Source of the DNA: Sulfuritalea sp.
Lineage (GTDB): Bacteria; Pseudomonadota; Gammaproteobacteria; Burkholderiales; Rhodocyclaceae
Direction of reading: 5' to 3'
Assembly: GCA_016712985.1 (NCBI GenBank)
Contig: JADJQA010000008.1
Coordinates: 15,179 to 79,178 of the forward strand
DNA length: 64,000 nt
The first letter of the stretch is position 1, and each line of letters starts with the position of its first letter. Both the position numbers and the translations under genes were made by a program. Positions 10,819 to 21,379 of the stretch are shown piece after piece. A model generated the notes under the pieces. That model saw only the letters and a program-made list of their open reading frames with translations. It was not told the origin of the DNA and searched no databases.

Positions 10819-11900
10819 ATGAACCAGAATCGCATCTTTGAAGACCTCTTCGTTCTCGAACTCGCCAACAACCATTGGGGGCGTCTCGAACGCGGCTTGC
10901 GCATCATTACCGACTTTTCGCGGATTGTCCGCTTCAACAATGTGCGGGCCGCGATCAAGATCCAGTTGCGCGACGTGGATGCATTCATCCACAAGGACTT
11001 TCGTCAGCGGGATGACATTCGCTACATCAAGAAGACCTCGATACCCGCCTCGAAAAGACCGACTCCGCCTGCCTGGTGCGCGCCATACGCAAAGCCGGCT
11101 GCATTCCGATGGCGACGCCCTTCGATGAGAAGTCCGTGGCGCTTTGCGACGAACTCGGTGTCGATATCATCAAGCTGGCCAGCTCCGACCTCAACGATTG
11201 GATCCTGATCGAGAAAGTCGCCACGACCAAGAAGCCGGTAATCGTGTCCACCGGCGGATCCGCGCTGAAGGATGCGGACGATCTCGTCAGATTCTTTGCC
11301 AATCGCAACATTCCGCTGGCAATCAATCACTGCGTGTCGCTCTATCCCTGCGAAGATCATGAACTGGAGCTAAACCAGATCGATTTCCTGCGTCAGCGCT
11401 ATCCCGACAACGTCATCGGCTTGTCCACCCACGAGTATCACGACTGGACGACGTCGATTCTGGTCGCCTACGCCAAGGGCGCCCGCACGTTCGAGCGCCA
11501 TATCGACATTGACGCCGAAGGCATCCGGGTCTCGGAGTATTGCAGCCTGCCCGAGCAGATCGACACATGGTTCAAGACATGGAAAAAGGCCGTCGAGATG
11601 TGCGGTGCGCCGGGGACCAGCAAACGACGACCGCAGCAACGCGAAATCGACTACCTGGACCGGCTGGTACGCGGCGTCTATGCCCGTCATGACCTGCCGA
11701 TCGGCCATGCCTTGTCGGACGATGACGTGTATCTCGCCGTGCCCCTGCAGAAGGGCCAGATTTCGTGTCGCGAACTGATGCACGGCGAAGTCCTGCTCAA
11801 GGCAGTCACGGCGGACGCGCCGATCCGCATCGACGACATCGACAGCCCCTACGCGCACAGCGACCAGCTCAAGGCCCTGATTTACTCGCGGGGATTGTGA
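10819..11900 (+). pseudogene. NeuB/SpsE-family sialic-acid-type synthase, one frameshift
   Basis: MNQNRIFEDLFVLELANNHWG...DDIRYIKKT is in the 10819 frame. It continues as LDTRLEKTDSACLVRAIRKAGCIPMATPFDEKSV...STGGS...LSTHE in the 11076 frame. One nucleotide appears to be missing near 11037. Confidence 0.8.
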
Positions 11901-12838
11901 TGGCGGCGCACAAACTGATCTCGGTCGTGACGCCCTGCTACAACGAAGAAGGCAATGTCGGGGAGCTGCACCAGCGCATCGTGGCGCAGATGGAACAGTT
12001 CCCGGACTACGATTTCGAGCACATCTACATCGACAACGCCTCGACCGACGGAACGGTAGCCGCGATTCGCCGTCTCGCCGGCGCCGACTCCCGCGTCAAG
12101 GCGATTGTGAACAACCGCAATTTCGGCATCATCCGATCCTCCAACCATGGCTTGCTGCAGGCGCGTGGCGACGCCGTAATCAACATGGCCTCGGACATGC
12201 AGGAGCCGCCGGAACTCATCGGCGAGTTCATCCGCAAATGGGAGCAAGGCCACAAGGTGGTCGCCGGCGTCAAGCCTGAAAGCCACGAGACCGCACCGAT
12301 GTTCGCCCTGCGCCGGCTGTATTACGCCACTGTCGGCCGCATCGCCGATGTCAAGCTGATCCCGCATTACACCGGATTCGGCCTCTACGACCGCGAAGTC
12401 ATCGAAGCCCTGCGCAGGATCGACGATCCCTATCCTTATTTTCGCAGCCTGATTGCCGACATGGGGTATGCCCACGCCGAGGTTCCCTACGTGCAACCGC
12501 TGCGCAAGCGCGGCATCACCAAGAGCAACTTTTATGCACTTTACGACATGGCCATGCTCGGCATCACCAGCCATTCCAAGGTGCCGCTGCGGCTGGCCAC
12601 CATGGCCGGGTTTGCATTGTCTGCCGTCAGCCTGCTGATAGCCCTGGGCTACCTTGGCTACAAGGTCGCGCGCTGGGAGCAGATGTCGTTCGGCATGGCC
12701 CCGATCCTGATCGGGTTCTTTTTCTACGCCTCCGTGCAATTGTTCTTCATCGGACTGTTGGGCGAGTACATCCTCCAGATTCACACGCAGGTGCAGAAGC
12801 GGCCGCTGGTGGTGGAGCGGGAGCGAATCAATTTCTGA
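11900..12838 (+). CDS. GT2 polyprenyl-phosphate glycosyltransferase (GtrB/ArnC-like)
   Basis: ATG 11900 overlaps the upstream TGA. N-terminal LISVVTPCYNEEGNV and YIDNASTDGT motifs. Two C-terminal TM helices, as in GtrB. Confidence 0.85.
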   Translation: MAAHKLISVVTPCYNEEGNVGELHQRIVAQMEQFPDYDFEHIYIDNASTDGTVAAIRRLAGADSRVKAIVNNRNFGIIRSSNHGLLQARGDAVINMASDMQEPPELIGEFIRKWEQGHKVVAGVKPESHETAPMFALRRLYYATVGRIADVKLIPHYTGFGLYDREVIEALRRIDDPYPYFRSLIADMGYAHAEVPYVQPLRKRGITKSNFYALYDMAMLGITSHSKVPLRLATMAGFALSAVSLLIALGYLGYKVARWEQMSFGMAPILIGFFFYASVQLFFIGLLGEYILQIHTQVQKRPLVVERERINF

Positions 12839-14207
12839 AAACATGCCTCAGTGCGCTGTCGTTGGGTGACGCGAAATAGTGCGGCGGGAAGCTGCGCAAG
12901 GCGGCAGGAGCCGATAGCGAGGTATCCGCGGCCCAAGGGGCACCGGTCAAAGCCCGGTAAATCTCTTGAAACGGTGTTGCCATCCCAAGCAGGAAAAGCA
13001 TTGCCAGCACGCTGCGCATCAGGCTCGACAACGCGCGCTGTGCCGGGCGGGCGGTCAATTCGGCGATCAGCACCAGCCACAGTATGGTCAGCGCGGGAAT
13101 CGAACCACGCATGGCCAGGTCATTGTTCGGACCGAAGCTGAACCAGGGCAGGGCTGCCAGAACGACCAGGCTGGCAATCATCAGCGGAGAACGGTTCCGC
13201 TGCAGAGCCAGCATTCCGAACAGACCAGCCTCCAGCATCAGGAAAACAATGTTCCTCCAGATATCAATACCCAATTCCACTGCCGACTGTGCCGGCGATG
13301 CAGCGCCAATCCCGGCATTGATTGCGCCCACACCCATCAGCAAGTAGGCCGCAACAAGGCCGGCAGCAGGCGCAACCAGTAGCAGCGACTTGAAGCATCC
13401 CGCCCACTGAACCGACCCTCGGCGCCAGTGCACCCACGCTGCCACCATTGCAAGCGGCAGCAGGCCGATCGCCGGCAGCGGCGACCAGAGCATTACCGGC
13501 AGGAACAGGACAGGCAAGCGTGCAACGAAGCGCGGATCATCGCGAAAACGCCACAGCCAGGCAGCGGCAATCCAGCCGGGCAGCGCGTGGTTTGGGACCC
13601 AGAACAGCAAGGTGGTAGTCGATGAATACTGAATGCGTCCCGCCCACCATTCAAGGTGACCGCCCAGCCACGGCGGCCCTCCCGCCAGCCACACGCCAAC
13701 GAGGTCGAGTCCGCTGGCACACACAAACAGCGCTGCGCCAGCGAGATTCCGGACAGCCGTTCCACCGAGGTTGGCCGCAAAAAAAAGCGTGATCCCCAAC
13801 CAGGTCCACACCAATAGAATAGCGTCGGCCCAAGCCAAACCAAGCTTGCGCGCGAGCCATGCCGGCGGCAAGTAGTAGCCAAGGGGCGCGCGGAGAATCA
13901 GGTCTCGACCGCTGGCATCGACATAGCGTGGCGGCCAATCCTGCACGACAAGATCGCGCAGAACCGCAAAGCGGGGGATCCAGTCGAATGCATTCGCATG
14001 AAAGGTATGCCCGGCGCCACCAAGCATGGCCCAGATGGCTGAAAGAATTGCAAGCAGGCAAAGGGAGGCCACCGCATCGCCACGAGCATGGTGCAGGCCG
14101 CGGATCGGAGGGATGCCACGCGGCAACCAGTACACGGCTGCCGCCACGGCCACGAGCGCCGCCGGCACGCCTATCGACGGGATGAAAAACCCAAACAGAA
14201 AGATCAC
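12828..14207 (-). CDS. polytopic membrane protein, GtrC/GT-C-like candidate (paralog of 17339..18844)
   Basis: 459 aa, highly hydrophobic. Shares blocks with 17339..18844 (GGAGHTFHAN / GGTGHLFYAN, FWVPNHALPGWI / FWAPNHALPLWI). The 3' end overlaps the convergent GT2 gene by 11 nt. Confidence 0.65.
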   Translation of the reverse strand: MIFLFGFFIPSIGVPAALVAVAAAVYWLPRGIPPIRGLHHARGDAVASLCLLAILSAIWAMLGGAGHTFHANAFDWIPRFAVLRDLVVQDWPPRYVDASGRDLILRAPLGYYLPPAWLARKLGLAWADAILLVWTWLGITLFFAANLGGTAVRNLAGAALFVCASGLDLVGVWLAGGPPWLGGHLEWWAGRIQYSSTTTLLFWVPNHALPGWIAAAWLWRFRDDPRFVARLPVLFLPVMLWSPLPAIGLLPLAMVAAWVHWRRGSVQWAGCFKSLLLVAPAAGLVAAYLLMGVGAINAGIGAASPAQSAVELGIDIWRNIVFLMLEAGLFGMLALQRNRSPLMIASLVVLAALPWFSFGPNNDLAMRGSIPALTILWLVLIAELTARPAQRALSSLMRSVLAMLFLLGMATPFQEIYRALTGAPWAADTSLSAPAALRSFPPHYFASPNDSALRHVFRN

Positions 14208-14290
14208 TACCGGCAGGAAAGTAGCACCAGAGGGCAGTATCGAGCCTGCGCCAATGGGCTGACTGCCACACTGACGAATCCACCTGCCGA

Positions 14291-15870
14291 TCAGGCTTCG
14301 GCATCGATGGATTCATGATAGTCGTCGTCGATATTCACATCCCATATCTCGGACTTGCCGACCTTGCCGCCGAGAATCGCCTCGACCGCCAGTTTCGCCG
14401 TCAGCATGGAATGATCCTGATTGTTGTAGCGGTGCATGCCGTTGCGGCCCACCGGATAGAGATTCTCGATGCAGTCCAGCCAGGCCCGCACGCGCGGGAA
14501 CTCCGCATAGGCGCCGAAGTAGGCCGGATAGGTCTTTGGCACGCGAATCACTGTGCCATCCAGCACGTCGGCGCGGTCGATCATGCCGATCTGCTCCAGC
14601 TCGCCGGCAGCCAGGTCGATCATCGCCGCGTCCTCCAGCCGCCACAGATCATCGCCTTCCAGACAGAAGTATTCGAGTCCCAGCCAAACCTTGTCGGGAT
14701 CGGCCACCAGATCCAGGCTCCAGTTGTTGAATATCTGCAGGCGGCCGATGCGCACTTCGCGTTCCTGAATGTAGATCCAGTTATCCGGCGGCATGTTGTT
14801 GGCTTGGGTGCTGCGCGCCTGGCGGTTGGCACGCATGCGGGAAACCAGCAGTCCGACGGTGATGAAATCGCGGTAGGGCAAGGCGGCGGCGATCTCGCGC
14901 ACATCCGCCGGCGCCGGAGGCCGCATGCCCGCCACCAGGTCGGCTACCGGCATGGTCGATATCACGTGGTCTGCCGGCAGCTCGACCGCCTGCCCCGCGG
15001 CATCGGCCGTCAGGACCGAGACCGCGCGCGCGCCGTCGCAGCGCACGCCCTGCACCCGCTGGCCGAAGCGAATCTCGCCGCCGCCCGCGACCACGCGACG
15101 CGCAACCTCCTGCCACAACTGGCCCGGGCCAAGACGCGGATAGAGAAGTGTTCGATCAGGCTGGTCTTGGTCGCCGGCTTCCCGGCCGCGTTGCCGAAGC
15201 GCCGGCGCAGCGCATGGCGCAGGGCCTCGAGGACGGAAAGCCCTTGATCCGTTGCGCCCCCATTCCGCGCCGATGCGCTCGCAGGGCACGCCCCAGACCT
15301 TCTCCGTGTAGTCGCGAAAGAAGGTCCGGTACAGCTCGGCGCCGAAGCGATTGACCAGGAAGTCCTCCAGCGAGCGCTCCGTCCGGCGCGGAAACAGCAT
15401 CGACCATGCATAGCTGGCGCCTATGCGCAGCAGGCGCAGCGGACCCAGGTTGGCCAGCGTGCCTGCATTCAGCTTGATCGGATAGTCGAAATACCTGCGC
15501 AGAAAATAGATCCGCGAAAGCCGGTCGCGCACCAGCATCACGCGGCCTGGAGTCCGTCAACGCCAGTGCCGCCGGCGCCGACTCTTTCTGCTTTGCCCTG
15601 ATAGGCAATCTCCACGGTGGGCTCTTCAGCGACGATCGGCAGGATATCCCGCCACCAGTTCATCACCCAGTCGGACTTGGAAAAGAATCGATGTCCGCCG
15701 ATGTCCATGCGGTTGCCCTTGTACTCGACGGTGCGCGCGATGCCACCGACTGTTTCAGACGCCTCCAACACGATCGGCCGCATTCTGCCATCGCGAACAA
15801 GCTCCAGCGCCGCGGTAAGCCCTGCCGGGCCGGCACCGACAATGATGACTGTTGGCTTCATGCGCGACAC
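14291..15870 (-). pseudogene. NAD(P)/FAD-dependent oxidoreductase, about 4 frameshifts
   Basis: N-terminal [17 protein letters not shown] dinucleotide fold (15538..15870). The body is 14291..15541. Conserved pieces AEWG / AQRIKG / LSVLEALRHALRRRFG...LIEHF / LYPRLGPGQLW sit in three different frames between about 15140 and 15260. Confidence 0.75.
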
Positions 15871-15876
15871 CCCGGC

Positions 15877-16239
15877 CTAGAAGAGTGCCCGCTTTTTGAT
15901 TGCATAGTTGAAGAAAAAGGTGATTCCCGCAGCAATCAGTTTGCCCCCGATCAATGACAAGCCCCATTGATCAACGGCGAGAAATATCACCAGATCACTG
16001 ATACCCAAACCGACGAGGCCAATCGAGACGAACGCGGAAAACTCCATGGGTGCGTGCTCGCCCAAGCGGCGGCGGCGAAAGACCCACCGGGTTGCCAGCA
16101 CATAGCTCGAAATCGCGCCGACGACAAAACCCAGGGAAGCCGCGACCAGATAGTGAAGCACCCGTGCGGAGATCTGCAGTACCGCAACATCCAGCACCAG
16201 GGCGATCAAGCTGGCGGAAAAATACCGAGCAAATTCCAT
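15877..16239 (-). CDS. GtrA-family membrane protein
   Basis: About 120 aa from ATG 16239 (MEFARYFSASLIALVLD...) with four hydrophobic segments and the GtrA-like tail FFFNYAIKKRALF. ATG 16284 is an alternative start. Confidence 0.75.
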   Translation of the reverse strand: MEFARYFSASLIALVLDVAVLQISARVLHYLVAASLGFVVGAISSYVLATRWVFRRRRLGEHAPMEFSAFVSIGLVGLGISDLVIFLAVDQWGLSLIGGKLIAAGITFFFNYAIKKRALF

Positions 16240-16391
16240 GCTTGGTTGTCTGACAGACCAGCCGACACGCTGCCCGAACCCCATACTCCCCCGGCCTCCA
16301 AGCCGCTCACATGAACCGGCTCTCGCGATACGGCGATATCGTTCAAATGCGCCGGGAGTATAGATGAATCCCATGCACGAAGCGGACTGCG

Positions 16392-17345
16392 GGCGAATTG
16401 CTGGCGAATGGCTGGCGAGACATAGCCGCTGCCATGGTCGAGCACCCGCAGGATATCGCCTGGCATCTCGACCAGGCGCTGCACCTGGCGACATCAGGCC
16501 GTCCCGATCCAATATGGCTGGGCATCCCCATCGACGCGCAAGGCTGACCGGCGACAGGAACTGATCCTGAGTTGCCAGGTGCTCGAATATATTTCGGAAC
16601 CCGCAACCCACTTGCGAAAAGTCAGCGCCGTGCTCGCCGATTCGGGCTGGCTCTACGTTGAAGTCCCGGCCGAGCACTGGCGCCCGGCAGCGAGGCGCTG
16701 AGGATGCCTGCGGCATCAATCGCTACGGACAATTGCTTGCGGTCGCGCGGAAACTTGCCACTCTCCAACGCCGCAGCGACGACGACAACGCCATTCACGT
16801 GATAAATTCACCGTCACACCAGAACTTTCATACGGCATGAGCCACTCCCGCATCGGCGAAGACCTGTTTGTTCTCGAACTCGCCAACAACCATTGGGGAC
16901 GACCTTCAGGAGCAGTCGAGGATTACTGCGCCCTGCCATTCGCGCAAGCGCTTGCCACCTGCCTTTCACCAATCGAGACCGCCGATGGCAAGCAAAATGC
17001 AAGCTGGTGCAGCAGTGCGATCACTGACGGCGGGCTGTTGACATGGGCAAACGCCGACCGATGTTGGGAATCACCAGAAATTCCAAGGTGCCGCTACGTC
17101 TGGCGACCATGCCCGGATTTGCCCTCCCGGCCTTGAGCCTGCTGATTGCCGTGGACTATCCGGTGCTCAAACATCAATGGGCAGATTCCGGCTGCCGATC
17201 CCGATCGGCTGCTTTTCTTTGCCGCGGGCGTTTTCCTTGTCGGACTGCCGGGCGAACACGTTCTCCAGATTCGTACCCAGGTGCAGCAGCGATCGCCAGT
17301 CATGGCGCACGAGCGCATAAATTTCGACGAACCAGCCGATGAGTC
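16392..17345 (+). pseudogene. collapsed degenerate copy of the TPP enzyme / methyltransferase / NeuB-like / GT2 gene block
   Basis: The fragments are collinear with 8505..12838. TPP piece about 16421-16545 (PQDIAWHLDQALHLATSGRPDPIWLGIPIDAQG). Methyltransferase core about 16564-16677 (ILSCQVLEYISEPATHLRKVSAVLADSGWLYVEVP). NeuB start 16837-16915 (EDLFVLELANNHWG). GT2 tail 17052-17345 (MLGITRNSKVPLRLATMPGFAL ... VLQIRTQVQQR). Confidence 0.8.
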
Positions 17346-18844
17346 GATCCCCTGACCGGATTTCCGTTGCGGCGATCGGTTATCTCGCCGCGCCGGTCCT
17401 GGTTTTTTTCCTGGGTTGGCTGCAGCCGCTGGCAGGGTTTCTCCTGACCGGTCTCCTGGCCTATGCGCTGTACGGCCTATGCCTCCGGTTACCGGAATCG
17501 CCGGCAAAGCATTCCATCGGCGCACTCACCTGGTTGCTCCTGATTGCATTGGCCTGGTCTGCCTTTGGCGGCACCGGCCATCTGTTCTACGCAAATCTTG
17601 ACTGGCGAACGCGGGACGCCGTCTATGCCGATCTGATCCTCGGTGCATGGCCGCCCGCCTACGGCCGGGATGCCGGCGTGGCGCTGATCATGCGCACGGC
17701 GATGGGATTTTTCCTGCCGCCGGCCGCAGCAGCAAAGCTGGTCGGCATTGAATTCGCGCCGGCCTTGTTGCTTGGATGGTGCAGCCTCGGCGTTTTTCTG
17801 TTCCTGCTGCTCCTTCCCTTGCCCAAAAAGCTTGGCGTTCGCCTGATCCTGGGTTCACTGGCAGTGGTTTTCTTCAGCGGGATGGATTACCCGGGAATCA
17901 TGGCCGCGCATGGGCAAACGCCGATCTTTCCCCTGCCACTGGAATGGTGGCTGCCATGGACCTACACCTCGCTTGCGGCGCAACTCTTCTGGGCGCCCAA
18001 TCATGCCCTGCCACTTTGGATCGGCACCGCCTTGCTGCTTCGCCACAAGGATGCCTCCGGTCTTCCCGCCATTGCGCTAGTCGCTCTGCCCGTGCTGCTG
18101 CTATGGACACCGTTCGCGGTGATCGGCCTGGTGCCGTGGTTCGGCTGGGCACTCTGGAGAAACTTCGACTCCCCCTGGGCCGCAATCCGAACTACCGACA
18201 AGTCGCAGTGGCTTGCAGCCGTGTTGACGACCGCGCTACTCGCTGCGGTACTCAGCCGACCGGGCTACGGTTCCATCAATCTGCAACTTGGTGCCGCCGC
18301 CAACCTGAATTCGACCGGCGTCGCAAGCTGGCCGCTGTCCGACCTCGTCATGGCCTACATTCAGTTTGCCGCCTTTGAGTTTGGCCTGCTCGCCCTCCTG
18401 TTGCGCCCCGCCGGACCCGCGGCGCGGCAACTGCTGGCCGGGACACTAGGCCTGCTCCTGATCCTGCCGCTGATGCGATTCGGCCCTTCCAACGACTGGA
18501 TGCTCAGGGTATCGACGCCCTGCCTCGTCATCCTGTTGATTCTGGTTCTCGCGGAGTTCGACCGCCCCTGGGAAAGTATCCGTCGCTCGCTGCGCCTGGC
18601 GAGCCTGGCAGGAGTACTGCTGCTAGGCGCGATTACGCCATTCTTCGAATTCGCCCGGGCCCTGGTCTGGCAGCGAACCCCGCCCAATTACGGTCAGTCG
18701 CTCGCCGTTCTGCAAGGCCGTCCGGCGCCCCACTACGTCGGGCGACTCGACCTGCCCGTGTTGCAGGCCCTGCTCAAGCCGCCCTCGCCGGTGCCTGAGG
18801 GGGCGTTGCGTCAGTCCCTGCTGCGCGGTCCGATGCCTCGCTAG
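17339..18844 (+). CDS. polytopic membrane protein, GtrC/GT-C-like candidate (paralog of 12828..14207)
   Basis: 501 aa, multi-TM. Similar to 12828..14207. The start abuts the GT2 remnant. Confidence 0.65.
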   Translation: MSRSPDRISVAAIGYLAAPVLVFFLGWLQPLAGFLLTGLLAYALYGLCLRLPESPAKHSIGALTWLLLIALAWSAFGGTGHLFYANLDWRTRDAVYADLILGAWPPAYGRDAGVALIMRTAMGFFLPPAAAAKLVGIEFAPALLLGWCSLGVFLFLLLLPLPKKLGVRLILGSLAVVFFSGMDYPGIMAAHGQTPIFPLPLEWWLPWTYTSLAAQLFWAPNHALPLWIGTALLLRHKDASGLPAIALVALPVLLLWTPFAVIGLVPWFGWALWRNFDSPWAAIRTTDKSQWLAAVLTTALLAAVLSRPGYGSINLQLGAAANLNSTGVASWPLSDLVMAYIQFAAFEFGLLALLLRPAGPAARQLLAGTLGLLLILPLMRFGPSNDWMLRVSTPCLVILLILVLAEFDRPWESIRRSLRLASLAGVLLLGAITPFFEFARALVWQRTPPNYGQSLAVLQGRPAPHYVGRLDLPVLQALLKPPSPVPEGALRQSLLRGPMPR

Positions 18845-20714
18845 CCATCTGGTAGTAGAGCCCTTCGAGGTCGCGGGCAAAGCGGTCCATGTCGAACAGG
18901 GGTGCGGTATCCCGGGCGGCCGCCAGCTTTTGCCTCACCCCCGCCAGTCGATCACGATCACGATACAGATCGAGAACCAGTGCCGCGTAACCCGCATCAT
19001 CATCGGCAATCAACTCCGGCAAGCCCGCAGCCATCATCACGCTTGCGCCCACCCTTCCGGGAAAAGTGTCGCCGCGCTTCGTCACCAGCGGCACGCCGGC
19101 GACCAGCGCGTCAACGCCCGTGGAATGCGAGTTGTAGGGGAAGGTATCAAGTGCCAGATCGGCCAGACCGATACGGGCCAGATAATCGGCCGTGCCGGGA
19201 CGCGCGGTGCGAAAACCAGGCGCTCCGCGGCCACGTCGCGCTGCTCTGCTTCGCGACGCAAGTTGCCAATGGCTGTATCGTTGCACTTGAGCAGCCAGAG
19301 CACCGCGCCAGGCATCTGCCGCAACAATGCACACCAGATGTCGAACAGCGGCGGATTGAACTTGTAGTTGTTGTTGAACGAACAGAGTACAAATGCATCT
19401 TCCGCGAGGCCCTGGCTCTCCCGTGCCGGGACGCCGAGCCATGCGGTGACGGGTGTCGACCGGCATGTAGGAATGCGGCATCTGGGCAATGCGCTCGGTG
19501 AACCACGCCTGATCCTCAACCGGGGTCACTTCCAGGTCACCAATCACGTAGTCCGCCAGAAGCGACAAACCCAGGGTACCCGCATACCCCAGCCAACTGA
19601 CCTGCACCGCGCAACGCAGGCGGCGCTCAGCGATTCGCCACCCGCCCGTCCATCCGTTTAAATCGACCAGAATGTCTATTTCATCGGCACGGATTCGGTC
19701 AGCGGTCGCTCGAACCGACAAGTCACCGACATCCACAAAGCGATCAAAGGCGGACTCGAGGCGTTTTCGCTGCTGGCTACCGTCATCTGCAAGCAGGGAA
19801 TAGCCGAACACCTCAACCTTCTGCCGATCATGCCGTTCAATGACTTCAGCAATCACAAAGCCGACCGGGTGCTCGCTAAAATCAGAAGACATGTAAGCAA
19901 CGCGAAGAGTTCGGGCATTGGGTTGCCAGGTAGCCGGCACATCATGCCGGTTCAGACGTACGGACGCGGGAATCATGGCTTCGGCGAACCCCTCCGCCAA
20001 GCGCCGGTAGCCATGCATTCCGATATTCCAGAACTTGAACAGTTCCCATGGATTCGCAACGCAGACCTGCGACTCGACCACGCATTCCAACAGCATGTTG
20101 CTGACCTATTCGCCCAACTGCAACGATGAAGCTCGACCTTGATCAAGCGCTGGAGATGATCGGGCTGTCCGGAAAGGCCTCGTGCATAAGCGCGGCAAAC
20201 CACGATGGCCTCATCCAGGCGACGCGAATGGAACAGGCACTTCGCCAGCACCTCGATAGCATCGACGTAGTCGCCGGGATGCAGTTCAATGGCCTTCAGC
20301 AGCGGCGGAACGGCATCATTCCATCGATGGACCCGAAGCAGCGCCATGCCGAGATTCTTGTGAATCTCAGAGTCATCTGGCATCAGCACCAATGCGCTGC
20401 GGAATTCCGGAATCGCCTCTTCCCAGCACATCAGTTCAGCCAGTCCGATGGCACGATTGTTGTGGATCTCCCCATCGTCGGGCGAAAAACGCAAAGCGAA
20501 GTCGGTGACCTCAACGACTTCCTCGAAGCGTCGCAGTCCGACCAGCGCGAACGACAGGGCTTTCAGCGCCAAGGGTGGCGTTCATTGCGCGCCAGAATCT
20601 CCTCGCCACTCGCTCGACGTCAGCGAAGCGCCGCGCTTCGACGAACCGCATCAGACGGATCGTGTCAGGATCCTCGTGCCGCCGCGAACCCACTTTCCGG
20701 CCGACGACTTTCAT
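18774..20714 (-). pseudogene. TPR + GT41 (SPINDLY/OGT-like) glycosyltransferase, at least 4 frameshifts
   Basis: Conserved pieces lie in ORFs 20511..20714, 19973..20572 (TPR), 18774..20096 and 19082..19519 (FVLCSFNNNYKFNPPLFDIWCALLRQMPGAVLWLL). The reading frame then returns to LDTFPYNSHSTGVDALVAGVPLVT. Confidence 0.7.
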
Positions 20715-20745
20715 GGCATCCGGCCCTGCTTTCTTCCGTTCCCAC

Positions 20746-21369
20746 TCATTTGGTAACTATCAAATTCAGCGAAATCCGTTGACCGGCAAAGACGAACTCG
20801 CTGGTATCGTTGAACAAGCCGAACGATTCGACATGCTCGACGCCGGCGAATCCCACGTCGCGCAGATAATCGACCAGGAAGTCGAAACAGTAGCCGATCT
20901 GGTGGAAATCGTGCGGCGTGGTCTGGCCGCCGAACATCATGCGCATGACATTAAACTTCGCCGCCGAGTCCAGGGCGGGGCTCAGGAAAAGCCAGGAAAG
21001 CATCTCCAGGTCAGGAACCGAGACATAGAGCTTTCCGCCGACACGCAGCATGCGGTGCAACTCATTGAAGACCGGCAGCACCTCCGCCTGTCCGACATGC
21101 TCAAGCACGTGCGACGCGTAGATATCACTGCAACAGCCGTCGCCAAACGCGGAAAGATCGCGAACGTCGCCGACGAAATCGACGCCCTCGCCAGCCTCGA
21201 CATTCAGGATCTTCCAGCCCTCCTTGATCTGCACACCACCTATATGCAGCCGAATGGGTTCCTCTTCCTCCTCGACGGATTGGCCACCGTCAGCGATGGA
21301 CTCGGCCTGGCGCATATCGCAATACCGATTCCACATACCTTTCAAGGCCGTTCCCATCGCCCGCGCCAT
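20746..21369 (-). CDS. class I SAM-dependent methyltransferase
   Basis: ATG 21369 lies 10 nt after the upstream stop. Methyltransferase 11-like block IYASHVLEHV...LHRMLRVGGKLYVSVP. Confidence 0.75.
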   Translation of the reverse strand: MARAMGTALKGMWNRYCDMRQAESIADGGQSVEEEEEPIRLHIGGVQIKEGWKILNVEAGEGVDFVGDVRDLSAFGDGCCSDIYASHVLEHVGQAEVLPVFNELHRMLRVGGKLYVSVPDLEMLSWLFLSPALDSAAKFNVMRMMFGGQTTPHDFHQIGYCFDFLVDYLRDVGFAGVEHVESFGLFNDTSEFVFAGQRISLNLIVTK

Positions 21370-21379
21370 ATCGAGGTGA

